From Candidatus Saccharimonadota bacterium (GTDB lineage Bacteria; Pseudomonadota; Gammaproteobacteria; Enterobacterales; Enterobacteriaceae): DNA of 32,000 bases. The stretch covers positions 60,001 to 92,000 of the forward strand of contig NZ_CP097762.1 in the NCBI RefSeq assembly GCF_023585745.1, read 5' to 3'. A model generated the notes under the pieces. That model saw only the letters and a program-made list of their open reading frames with translations, was not told the origin of the DNA and did no database searches. The stretch's first letter is position 1. Every line of letters begins with the position of its first letter. Made by a program: the position numbers and the translations under genes. Positions 9,229 to 20,300 of the stretch are shown one piece after another.

Positions 9229-10251
9229 ATGATACGAAATATTTTTTCATGCATTATAATATGCGTAATAACATTGTTATTGTTTTCTTTATTTACTATA
9301 AAAGAAGGTCATAAGGGTATTATATTACGTTTTGGCAAAGTATTACGTGATACGGATAATAAACCATTAATATGCAATCCCGGATTACATATCAAAATTC
9401 CATTTATTGAAACAGTAAAAATATTGGATTCACGTATTCAAACCATGGAAAATCAAGCAGATCGGTTTGTTACTATGGAAAAAAAGGATTTAATTATTGA
9501 TTCTTATATTAAATGGCGTATTAGTGATTTAAGTCGCTATTATTTAGCAACTGGTGGTGGCGATACTTCTCAAGCAGAAGTATTAATAAAAAGAAAGTTT
9601 TCTGATAGGTTGCGCTCGGAATTAGGGAGACTTAATGTACAAGGCATTGTAACTGATTCTAGAAATAAGTTAATGGCAGATGTGCGTGAATCACTAAATA
9701 ATGGGACTTCAGGTGAAGAATCGATGGATTTTCAATTTAGTAATATAAAAAAAATTAATTGTTATCAATCGATGAATAATGCTTCGATTCATAAAGATTA
9801 TTATATTTCTAATAGTTTTAATCCAAATAGTATGGCAGCTTTAGGAATAGAAATAGTAGATGTACGTATTAAGCAAATTAATTTACCCACCGAGGTATCT
9901 GATGCAATTTACCAACGCATGCGTGCAGAACGTGATGCTGTAGCTAGGCGTCATAGGTCGCAAGGTAGGGAAGAAGCAGAAAAGTTACGTGCTACTGCTG
10001 ATTATGAAGTAACACGTACTTTAGCTGAAGCTAAACGTCAGTCTTTAATTATTCGTGGTGAAGCTGATGCAGAAACTGCTAGATTATATGCTACTACTTT
10101 TAACGAAGATCCATCATTTTATATCTTAATAAGAACTTTAAGGGCCTATGAAAATAGTTTTAAAAAAACTAATGATGATCTTATTATATTAAATGAAGAG
10201 TCTGATTTTCTACGTTTTATGAAGTCACCAAAAAAATTTACTGCGCATTAA
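9229..10251 (+). CDS. hflC: FtsH protease modulator HflC (SPFH/band-7)
   Basis: 340-aa ORF. The ATG abuts the hflK TAA (TAAATG), with GGGAGAGAG upstream. Matches include TIKEGHKGIILRFGKV, NPNSMAALGIEIVDVRIKQINLPTEVSDAIYQRMRAER and the FYILIRTLRAYENSF region, matching E. coli HflC. Confidence 0.93.
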   Translation: MIRNIFSCIIICVITLLLFSLFTIKEGHKGIILRFGKVLRDTDNKPLICNPGLHIKIPFIETVKILDSRIQTMENQADRFVTMEKKDLIIDSYIKWRISDLSRYYLATGGGDTSQAEVLIKRKFSDRLRSELGRLNVQGIVTDSRNKLMADVRESLNNGTSGEESMDFQFSNIKKINCYQSMNNASIHKDYYISNSFNPNSMAALGIEIVDVRIKQINLPTEVSDAIYQRMRAERDAVARRHRSQGREEAEKLRATADYEVTRTLAEAKRQSLIIRGEADAETARLYATTFNEDPSFYILIRTLRAYENSFKKTNDDLIILNEESDFLRFMKSPKKFTAH

Positions 10252-10352
10252 TTATTGATTACAGTTAGTTAAGTTGTATTAAGTTATATAATAGTGAATA
10301 TTATTGTGCATTTATACATAATGTTATTTAGTTATATATTTATTAATAATAA

Positions 10353-11669
<1,317 letters not shown>

Positions 11670-11946
11670 TAAGAAACGGTAGTAATTTAATTAACAAAAT
11701 TAAATTAAGAAAATAAATTTATAGCATATTTAGTGTTTTATTATATTTATATGTTTTATCTATCTTATAAATAGATAATTTTATATAACTAAAATTAGTA
11801 ATTTTCAAGTGTTTTCAATTTTATAAATGAAATGATACAAAAATTTATTTTAATGGTATTTTTAGATATTTATTACAGGAATATTTAAAATTTTTAATAA
11901 TCGATTAATTAATTATAATGCTAATTATAGCCACTGTGTTAGTGAT

Positions 11947-12699
11947 ATGTATGATTTGATATACGGTATACATGCAATACAATCTATGTTAGATAATCAT
12001 CCGAAACAGATTTTATGTGTGTATGTTATGTGTAGACATAAAGATAAGCGTGTAAAATTATTAATAGAGCAAATAAAAAAAAATAAAATTAACATTTATG
12101 AATGTAATCGTAAAAAAATAAATTATCAAGCAGGTCATGACTCACATCAAGGTATTATAGCGAAAATAAATCGGTATTCTTATATGCGAGAAAATAATTT
12201 ATCTAATTTTTTAATGCAATGTAAAACTCCGCCATTATTATTAGTATTAGATAGAATCACTGACCCCCATAATTTGGGAGCTTGTTTAAGATCCGCTGGA
12301 GCCGCTGGAGTTCATATAGTAATTGTGCCTCGTAATCATTCCGTAAATATTAATGCTACGGTCAGGAAAGTTGCGAGCGGCGCCGCAGACCATGTGCCAT
12401 TTATGCCGGTAACTAATTTAAGTAGGACGCTAAAATTATTACAAAAACATGATATTTGTGTTATTGGAACTGAAATTACATCTAAACGTTTTGTTTTTGA
12501 TACCAATTTGATTGGTCCATTAGCATTTGTTATGGGTTCTGAAGGATACGGAATGCGTCGTTTAACTAAGAAAAATTGTAATGCATTAATTAGTATACCA
12601 ATGATGGGATTAACTAAATCGTTAAATGTTTCAGTCGCTACAGGAATATGTTTATTTGAGGCGTTAAGACAACGTAAATTATATAAGGAATTTTTATAA
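11947..12699 (+). CDS. rlmB: 23S rRNA (guanosine2251-2'-O)-methyltransferase, SpoU/TrmH family
   Basis: 250-aa ORF collinear with E. coli RlmB: IYGIHAIQ, SHQGIIAK, DRITDPHNLGACLRSAGAAGVH, VMGSEGYGMRRLT, SLNVSVATGICLFEA. Confidence 0.88.
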   Translation: MYDLIYGIHAIQSMLDNHPKQILCVYVMCRHKDKRVKLLIEQIKKNKINIYECNRKKINYQAGHDSHQGIIAKINRYSYMRENNLSNFLMQCKTPPLLLVLDRITDPHNLGACLRSAGAAGVHIVIVPRNHSVNINATVRKVASGAADHVPFMPVTNLSRTLKLLQKHDICVIGTEITSKRFVFDTNLIGPLAFVMGSEGYGMRRLTKKNCNALISIPMMGLTKSLNVSVATGICLFEALRQRKLYKEFL

Positions 12700-12715
12700 T
12701 GTAACAAAATTTTGT

Positions 12716-12735
12716 GCGCAATGTTAATTGCGTTT
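12716..12735 (+). terminator. terminator-like hairpin after rlmB (CGCAAT-GTTA-ATTGCG, then TTTG)
   Basis: A 6-7 bp G+C-containing stem starts 17 nt after the rlmB stop and is followed by a short T-run. It could instead belong to the rpsF 5' leader. Confidence 0.3.
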
Positions 12736-12848
12736 GAATAAAAGGTTTACAAAAATCAATATTTAAAGGAATTTAAAGTAGTTTACAAAATATTTTGTAT
12801 ATAATAAATTACTTTTATGTAAAAGATTTTAATATAAAGGAAATTAAA

Positions 12849-13205
12849 ATGCGTCATTATGAAATAGTGTTGTTAGTACATCCTGATTACAATGAGCAAA
12901 TATCTAATATGATTGATCATTATAAAAATATAGTAACTGGCAAATCAGGAACAGTATGTCGTATAGAAAACTGGGGGCGTCGGCAATTAGCATATTCTAT
13001 CAAAAAACAACATAAAGCATATTATTTATTAATGAATATATCTGTGCCTAAATCAGAAGTTATTGCAGAGTTATATAGTATTTTTCGATTTAATGATGCT
13101 ATATTGCGCAGTATGATCATCCGAACTAAATATGCAGTTACTGGCTCTTCTTTTATGATGCAAAAGAAAGAAGATATTACAGCAGATCATAGTATTAAAA
13201 TATAA
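12849..13205 (+). CDS. rpsF: 30S ribosomal protein S6
   Basis: MRHYEIVLLVHPD...ENWGRRQLAYSI...AYYLLMN is classic S6. ATG 12849 has AAGGAA about 6 nt upstream. The 18 extra N-terminal residues in the track ORF (12795) are not homologous. Confidence 0.95.
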   Translation: MRHYEIVLLVHPDYNEQISNMIDHYKNIVTGKSGTVCRIENWGRRQLAYSIKKQHKAYYLLMNISVPKSEVIAELYSIFRFNDAILRSMIIRTKYAVTGSSFMMQKKEDITADHSIKI

Positions 13206-13412
13206 TGATATATATTTTATTATATAAGTATGTTACTATGAGAAATTTAATATATTTTAATGTGTGATTATAAAATAATTATTAATGAAATTTATGTATT
13301 TATATTATAAAGAAAGTGTATATATGTTAATTAGTATAATTGTTCCATATATCATTTTTAGAAGTTAATAATATGTTATATAGATTTATAAAATAAATAG
13401 GTGAAAATTATT

Positions 13413-13637
13413 ATGGGTCGTTTTACGCGTCATCGTAAGTTTTGTCGTTTTACAGCAGATAAATGTGTGAGTATAGATTATAAAGATCTTGTTTCTATAC
13501 AACATTCTATTATAGAAAGTGGAAAAATTATTCCTAGCAGGATTACTGGGACGAAATCTAAATTTCAACGACAGCTTGCTCGTGCTGTAAAAAGAGCACG
13601 TTATTTGTCTTTAATACCATATACTGATCGTCATTGA
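13413..13637 (+). CDS. rpsR: 30S ribosomal protein S18
   Basis: RKFCRFTA...IDYKD...[13 protein letters not shown]...[23 protein letters not shown] is near-identical to E. coli S18. ATG 13413 has AGGTGA 8 nt upstream. The track start (GTG 13401) adds 4 residues. Confidence 0.96.
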   Translation: MGRFTRHRKFCRFTADKCVSIDYKDLVSIQHSIIESGKIIPSRITGTKSKFQRQLARAVKRARYLSLIPYTDRH

Positions 13638-13687
13638 TTATTCTGTATACTAGAATAGTGATTTTTTGCATTATAAGGAAAATGAAA

Positions 13688-14158
13688 ATGCGCATTATTT
13701 TATTAAATAATGTTGATAAACTTGGGAAAATAGGTGATGAAGTTACAGTAAAATCTGGATATGCCAGAAATTTTCTGATACCAAATAATCAAGCAATATT
13801 GGCTACAAAAAAGAACATAGAAATTTTTAAAGCTCAGCAGGTTGCTTCACGAGATTATATAGCAGCATCAAAAGAGAAAGCGAAGTTATGTGAAAATACT
13901 TTAAAGCAATTAGGCAGCATTATTATTCAAGCTACATCTGGAATAGAAGGTAAATTATTTGGTTCTGTTGGAGCGAGGGATATCGCCATTGAAATTACAA
14001 AAGTTTCTGGTTTTAAAATTTCTAGATCTCAAGTTAGATTACCTAATCACAGCGTGTTGAGGACAATTGGCACACATTGTGTAAAAATCCATATTTATAA
14101 AGAGATTTTTGTTTCATTAAACGTTATAATTATTAAGAAAGCTTCTGAGATTAAATAA
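13688..14158 (+). CDS. rplI: 50S ribosomal protein L9
   Basis: MRIILLNNVDKLGKIGDEVTVKSGYARNFLIP matches the L9 N-domain, and EGKLFGSVGARDIA matches the C-domain. ATG 13688 has AAGGA 8 nt upstream. The upstream extension in the track ORF (13634) overlaps the rpsR stop and is not homologous. Confidence 0.94.
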   Translation: MRIILLNNVDKLGKIGDEVTVKSGYARNFLIPNNQAILATKKNIEIFKAQQVASRDYIAASKEKAKLCENTLKQLGSIIIQATSGIEGKLFGSVGARDIAIEITKVSGFKISRSQVRLPNHSVLRTIGTHCVKIHIYKEIFVSLNVIIIKKASEIK

Positions 14159-14379
14159 TTATTTAAATACTATTTAAGTAATATTAAAATAATAGAGTAT
14201 TCTAAATATAGCTTTTTTAATTTTTAATCGGGTGCATTAGTATTTAATACAAAATGATTGTTTTTCATGATAAGTGTCGTTTATTTATTATTGCAGAATA
14301 TGTTATGTGACAAATATGTACGATTTAAAAAAAATTATAAGAGTTTTATTAATACAATTTAAATTCATAGGCAGTTGAA

Positions 14380-15168
14380 ATGATCCTGTATTGTAAAATG
14401 GTTCAGAAAATAAGTGGTATTGCACGTATAGCAGGATCAGAAATTATGAAAATTTATAATGGAAACTTAAAATTAAGTATATTTAAAAAATTTGATATGT
14501 CTCCTGTAACATGCGCTGATTTATTGTCCCATAATATTATTATAGGTGCTTTGCGTCGTTTAACACCAGATGTGCCTATATTATCAGAAGAAGATAGTAC
14601 AAATTGGAAAGAATGTAGAGATAAACATTGTTATTGGTTAATAGATCCATTAGACGGAACTAAAGAATTTTTGTCCAGAAACGGTGAATTTACTGTAAAT
14701 ATTGCACTTATAGAACATGGTGCACCTACCATGGGGGTTGTATATTTACCTATATATGATGTTTTATATGCTGCAGATAACGGTACAGCATGGAAAATAG
14801 ACAAAAAAGGAAATTGTATCAATATTTCAGTACGTGTGTCTCATTCTCCAATTATAGTAATGAGCCGCAGTCATGATAGTTATAATCAACATAAAATTTA
14901 TAATTATTTTAAGAAATTTAAAGATTATAAGATTTTTTATATTGGTTCATCTTTTAAGTTTTGTTTAATAGCAGAAGGATATGCTCAGTTTTATCCGAGG
15001 TTTTCCCATACCAAAATTTGGGATACAGCCGCTGGACATGTAATTGCGGAAATGGCTGGGGCTGTGATTAATGATTGGAATGGTAATCCACTGCATTATA
15101 AAAATTTACGTCAGTCTTTTTTAAATCCGGGTTTTCACGTTTCATTACGTTCAAGTTATATAATATAA
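14380..15168 (+). CDS. cysQ: 3'(2'),5'-bisphosphate nucleotidase
   Basis: Inositol-monophosphatase-fold motifs: SPVTCADL, LSEED, WLIDPLDGTKEF, GEFTVNIALIE, WDTAAGH, FLNPGF. It is collinear with E. coli CysQ. The alternative ATG at 14398 (MVQKISGIARIAG) matches the E. coli N-terminus length exactly. Confidence 0.88.
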   Translation: MILYCKMVQKISGIARIAGSEIMKIYNGNLKLSIFKKFDMSPVTCADLLSHNIIIGALRRLTPDVPILSEEDSTNWKECRDKHCYWLIDPLDGTKEFLSRNGEFTVNIALIEHGAPTMGVVYLPIYDVLYAADNGTAWKIDKKGNCINISVRVSHSPIIVMSRSHDSYNQHKIYNYFKKFKDYKIFYIGSSFKFCLIAEGYAQFYPRFSHTKIWDTAAGHVIAEMAGAVINDWNGNPLHYKNLRQSFLNPGFHVSLRSSYII

Positions 15169-15477
15169 TTTAAGTTATTTTATATCATAAAATAATATGA
15201 GTCTTTTTGAAATCTTTAGTATTAAAAATCCATATTTATTATGTATGAATAATTTTGATATGGTTATTCAACCAGATTTCGTGTAATATATTTCAATATA
15301 TTAACTGTGTTTGACAATAATTAAACATTTTTATTTAGAAAAGATTGGATATACTTTATACAAATTTATTGATTATAGTAATTATAATTATTAATGTAGC
15401 TATTTTAAAAAAACTTAAAGTAAATGTTTTTTTAAGACAGGGACTATTTTAGTGTGATGTGATATATTTTTATATAT

Positions 15478-17304
15478 ATGATATCATATGAAAGATTTTC
15501 ATTTAATTTTAATCTATTTAAAAACCCATTTATATTGAATCATCTTAAAAGATACTTAATTGGTAGATTTTGTGTTGTAATTTGTTATTTTATTCCGTTT
15601 CTATGTAATGGAAACACGCAATTACGAGTAGAAGGGTTGAATAGCACATTATATTATAATGTATGTAAAAAATTATCTGAAATTGATACTCCAATAAAAT
15701 ATGTAGATGAAAAATTAAAAAAAGAATTAGAAAATTTAGTTAGATTAAGTCTGCGTCCTTTAGGTTATTATTCACCTTCAGTAAGTTTTGTTTTGTTAAA
15801 GTCATTACATCAGGAACCAGAGACTTTAATTATTAAAATTCAGCCTAATATGCCAATTATTATTACTGATGTTAATATTTCTATATATGGAGCAGGAAAA
15901 CAGGACGTTGATTATCAAAAAATAATAAAAGATAGTCAATTTTTTGTTGGAAAAATTTTGAATCATGATGACTATGAACAACTAAAAAATAAAATTTACA
16001 ATTTAGCTCTATTTAAAGGATATTTTGATGCAAATTTTCAACATAGCCAATTAATAGTTATTCCTTCCCACTATAAGAGTATTTGGAATATAAATTTTTA
16101 TAGCGGACCGCGTTATTTCTTTGAAGACATTCAATTTCAAGGCAATCAAATTAAAGAAAAGTACTTAAGAAAAATTTCTAATATAATCCCAGGTAATTAT
16201 TACAGCGCAGCATCTATTATGGAGTTAAACCGTCGCTTATCTTCTACTAATTGGTTTGAATCAATATCAATTTCTTCAGATGAGCAACATTTGCAAAAAA
16301 AAAAAATAATATTAAGTATTTTGTTGGATCCCAGTCTTAAAAATATCTTTGAAACTGGGTTTGGTTATACTATTGATACAGGTCTAAGAGCTAAAATAAT
16401 TTGGAAAAAACCATGGATTAATTCTTTTGGTCATAGTTTAGAAACTAATTTTAGTTTATCTGCGGTAGAGCAAGTTTTAGATTTAAATTATAAAATTCCC
16501 ATTTTTTGTGATCCATTAGAGCAGTATTATTTATTGCAAAGCGGCATTGTACATATGGGTTTAAATAATGCTCCATCTAGTATTATTAATGCCAATATAG
16601 CTCGTTACTGGAAATTTTCTAATCATTGGAATAGTTCTGTTAATATACATTGGTATTTTAATAACTGTTTTGAAGATGGTAAAATGAACAAAAAAATATT
16701 AATTTATCCTGGTGTTAATATTTATCGTATTAGAAAACGGGGCGGAGCAAATCCATATTGGGGAGATAGTCAGTACTATGCGATGCATATATCGCATAAT
16801 TTTTGGAAATCTCGTATAAATTTTATTGCTATACAAGCGAAGAATGTCTGGGTTAGAACTGTGTTAGATAAACATTGTTTTTTAATTAAATGGAATTTGG
16901 CCTGGATAAATACTAAAGATTTTTTATTTACTGCTGCAGTATTACGATTATTTTCTAATACGGATTACGGAATTCGTGGATATAAATATAGATCTTTGTA
17001 TTCATATAAAAATGACGTTAGATGTATCGAAGAAAATATTATTAAATTAATTATTGCTACAATGGAGTATCAATTTCATATACTGAAACAGTGTTGGGGT
17101 GTTGTTTTTTTAGATGCTGGAGAAATAGCCAATAGTATTAAGCGAAAATATTTTAATGCTGGCATAGGTTGTGGTATACGTTGGAAACTGCCTGTAGGCC
17201 CAATAAAGCTAGATATAGCGACTCCATTGCTCCATAATAGAGAAGAAAAAAAAATAGATTATCAGTTTCTGCATTTGTATATCAGTTTAGGATCAGATAT
17301 ATGA
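15478..17304 (+). CDS. tamA: translocation and assembly module outer-membrane subunit TamA (Omp85 family)
   Basis: 608-aa ORF. It has an N-terminal hydrophobic signal region, then LRVEGL... at the start of the POTRA region as in E. coli TamA. The C-terminal beta-barrel region carries the Omp85 loop-6 motif GIRGY. It is immediately followed by, and overlaps, the giant tamB-like ORF, as in ytfM-ytfN. Confidence 0.8.
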   Translation: MISYERFSFNFNLFKNPFILNHLKRYLIGRFCVVICYFIPFLCNGNTQLRVEGLNSTLYYNVCKKLSEIDTPIKYVDEKLKKELENLVRLSLRPLGYYSPSVSFVLLKSLHQEPETLIIKIQPNMPIIITDVNISIYGAGKQDVDYQKIIKDSQFFVGKILNHDDYEQLKNKIYNLALFKGYFDANFQHSQLIVIPSHYKSIWNINFYSGPRYFFEDIQFQGNQIKEKYLRKISNIIPGNYYSAASIMELNRRLSSTNWFESISISSDEQHLQKKKIILSILLDPSLKNIFETGFGYTIDTGLRAKIIWKKPWINSFGHSLETNFSLSAVEQVLDLNYKIPIFCDPLEQYYLLQSGIVHMGLNNAPSSIINANIARYWKFSNHWNSSVNIHWYFNNCFEDGKMNKKILIYPGVNIYRIRKRGGANPYWGDSQYYAMHISHNFWKSRINFIAIQAKNVWVRTVLDKHCFLIKWNLAWINTKDFLFTAAVLRLFSNTDYGIRGYKYRSLYSYKNDVRCIEENIIKLIIATMEYQFHILKQCWGVVFLDAGEIANSIKRKYFNAGIGCGIRWKLPVGPIKLDIATPLLHNREEKKIDYQFLHLYISLGSDI

Positions 17305-20300
17305 GTTATATAAAGAAAATCTGTATGATTTTCTTATTATGTATATTGATAATATTGGGAATATTTGTGTTTTTATTAAGCACTAAGATAGGAGCATATT
17401 TGATTTTTAAAAGCATTACTTATTATATTCCTGGATTATCATTTGATACTATTTCTGGTAGTTGGGGTAAATTTAATATTACGCATGTTATATACCGAAC
17501 ATCAGTTAGTGTTATTAATATAGGCACATGTAGTATATCTATAAATATAAAACATATATGGAATAAAAAGATATATATTAATCATCTTTATTTAAAAGAT
17601 GTTTTGATAAAGATAAAAAAAAATAACTTTATATTTCATAATTCTCAAACAAATAATACACATAATAATATTATGTCTATTGCGTTGCCTATAACACTAA
17701 ATGATGTGGTTTTGCATAATGTTCATATTATATCCGATATTATCATGTTACAATTTAACAAAATAAGTACTAGTCTATCGTTTCAAAATAAATCATTAAT
17801 CATATCTCCAACATGTTTTACAGAAACAATTTTAAATATTTCAAATACACATATTTCTCAAATGCAGTCTAGTATTAAAACTATACATCAATATACTAAT
17901 AAATCAGTGATTCAGTCCTTGTTGGAATCTATATCGAATAAGTGTATATCAACGTTATCTATTTTAAAAATTCCTTTTAATATAGTACTTAGCGATTTAA
18001 AAGGAGAAAAATTTTATATTAACAATATCAATAAAAAAAATTATCTTATTAGAGATTTACATTTACAAATGCGTTTTTGTCAATATGACATGAATGTACA
18101 ATTTCATTTTTTTTGTATAAATGGATTGTTTCACACGTCAGGTAATATAAAATTTAAAGAATATTATCCAATTGATATAATTACAAATTTTATACCATAT
18201 AAAAATGGAACTGATTATTTTAGTATTATTAGTAGTAAAAATATAAAAAAAATAAATTTAATTATTACAGGGGAATTATATAAAACAATTTATATAAAGT
18301 GTAATTATTTAAATTTTCTTGCTGAATTAGAAGTATTGTTGCAAACAAATATTAAAAAAAATAATATACCAATAAGCATATCTATAATTGGAAAGAATAT
18401 ATCATTTCCTTATTTAAGGAAAAATCGTTTGTTCATAAAAACAATTAATTTTTATTTACAAGGTAATAAGAAAAATTATTATTTGCAGGTCACATCAGAA
18501 CTATGTAATAGCAAGTTTTTGTCATCGACAAATATCATGTTATATGCTCAAGGTGATATTAATAATTGTACAATTTCCAATTGTAGAATATCTACATTAA
18601 ATAGTTATTTCCATATGACTGGAGCAATTAATTGGTCAAATACTATTAATTGGGATATTAAATGTACACTAAGTAAATTCAGTATGTTTTCAAATTGGTT
18701 AAAAGATCGTGTGCAGTTATCAGGACAAATTATAACTCAAGGATTTTTGTGTAATAATGCTTGGGAGATAACAATATCTAATGTAGATCTTAAAGGATTT
18801 GTAAAAAATAATCATCTTGTATGTATAGGTTCATTATATAATAATTCTAATGGTTTATGGAAAATTCCTACTAAAAAATTAGTAATTCAATGGGGACATA
18901 GTGCATTAGAAATAAATGAATCTTTAAAAAATCATTTAATTTTTAATACTATACTTAAAATATCAAATTTTAATTTTTTTAATTCTAAGTTGAATGGAAA
19001 AATGAATGGACGATTAAAATTACACGGAACTATTAAGAATATAAAATTATCATTAAATACTGACACGGTTTTTTTAAATTGGTTAAATAAAAATATTTGC
19101 ATTAATACTATAATTTTGAATGGTAATATTTTTTACAAGTCTTTTATGCAGGGTGTGATTTTTTTACAAGCAAATAATATAAAATATGGATCAATGTTTT
19201 TGTATAAATTTATCATGCAAGGCCACGGTAATTTGAAGAAGCATTTTTTTAATATGAAAATATGTGGAGATAAATTATTTGGAGATATTCAGTTATATGG
19301 TAATTTAAATGTTGTTAATAACACTTGGTGTAGCAAGATTCAAAAAACCAGCGTTATTACCCCAATAGGAACGTGGAAATTGATGAAAGATATTGTATTT
19401 ACTTATCAGTATTTGATAGGAAAGATTATTGTAAGCTCCCATTATTGGGAGTTTGTAAATTGTAATATTACTATACCTAATATCTTAAAAAATAAAATAA
19501 CAAATAAAATAGATACATTTTTTAATAATATTAATTTAGCACCATTAAAAATTTTATTTCCAGAATTAATAAAAATACAGAGTGTTAATGTTGTATGCAC
19601 AGAGTGTTCTTGGATATTAGGTGATTTATTACCCAAAGGTACTATTTTAATTTCGGGTAAAGATTTGCAGATGAATACTAATATTCAGTCTTATAAAACC
19701 ACTGTTATACCTAGTATATTTATAAAGGTTACATTGATACAGGATACATCATATTTTGCGTGGCAGATTAATTATATTGATAAAAATGATGAAAATTATG
19801 GATTTTTAGCGATAAATAATAATACATCTAATATTTCAGGGCATATAAAAATTAGAAGTATTACTTTAATACCTTTCTTTAATTCTTTGATAGTTTTAGA
19901 AAAACCCATAAATTTTACTGGATTATTAAATATAAATGTTAGTTTTAGTAGACATATGAATCATTTAATGATTAATGGTTTTGCTCAATTGCAAAATATT
20001 AACTTCAGTCTATTTACCACACCATTTATTATAAATCATAGTCAATTATTTGTTAAATTTTCAGGAGATCACGCTACATTTAATGGAGCAATATACACAG
20101 ACAATGGAGATAAACTGTCTTTAAATGGTAATGTTTTTAATTTTGATTCTTTCAATAAGATTAATATTTCATTAAGAATGAAAGGAGAGCAAATAAATTT
20201 TTGTGTTTCACCAGAAATAAAGTTAAAAATTTCTCCTGATATTACATGTTTATTGGCGTCGAAAAAAATTCATGTTCAAGGAAACGTTGATATTCCTTGG

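Noticed and set aside
11683-11707. AT-only perfect hairpins and palindromes (11683..11707 after purA, 7919..7940 after hflX, 1415..1434, 23920..23940)
   Set aside because: They are real inverted repeats of 8-10 bp, composed almost entirely of A/T and lacking U-tracts. At this base composition several are expected by chance in 32 kb, so I do not call them terminators or regulatory sites.
12336-12707. 123-aa minus-strand ORF
   Set aside because: It lies entirely antisense to the well-supported rlmB CDS and has no recognisable motifs. It is a typical shadow ORF of a conserved, relatively G+C-richer gene.
12795-12848. N-terminal extensions in the ORF track (rpsF 12795, also miaA 5213, purA 10365, rpsR 13401, rplI 13634, rpmA 23501, obgE 24100, secG 31266)
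   Set aside because: The extensions start at TTG/GTG or upstream ATG codons, add residues absent from homologs, and in most cases place the Shine-Dalgarno sequence inside the ORF. The internal ATGs match homolog N-termini, so I trimmed these calls.
13386-13568. 60-aa minus-strand ORF
   Set aside because: It is antisense to rpsR, which is near-identical to E. coli S18.
14631-14822. 63-aa minus-strand ORF
   Set aside because: Antisense shadow ORF inside cysQ.
19442-19636. 64-aa minus-strand ORF
   Set aside because: Antisense shadow ORF inside tamB; low-complexity.
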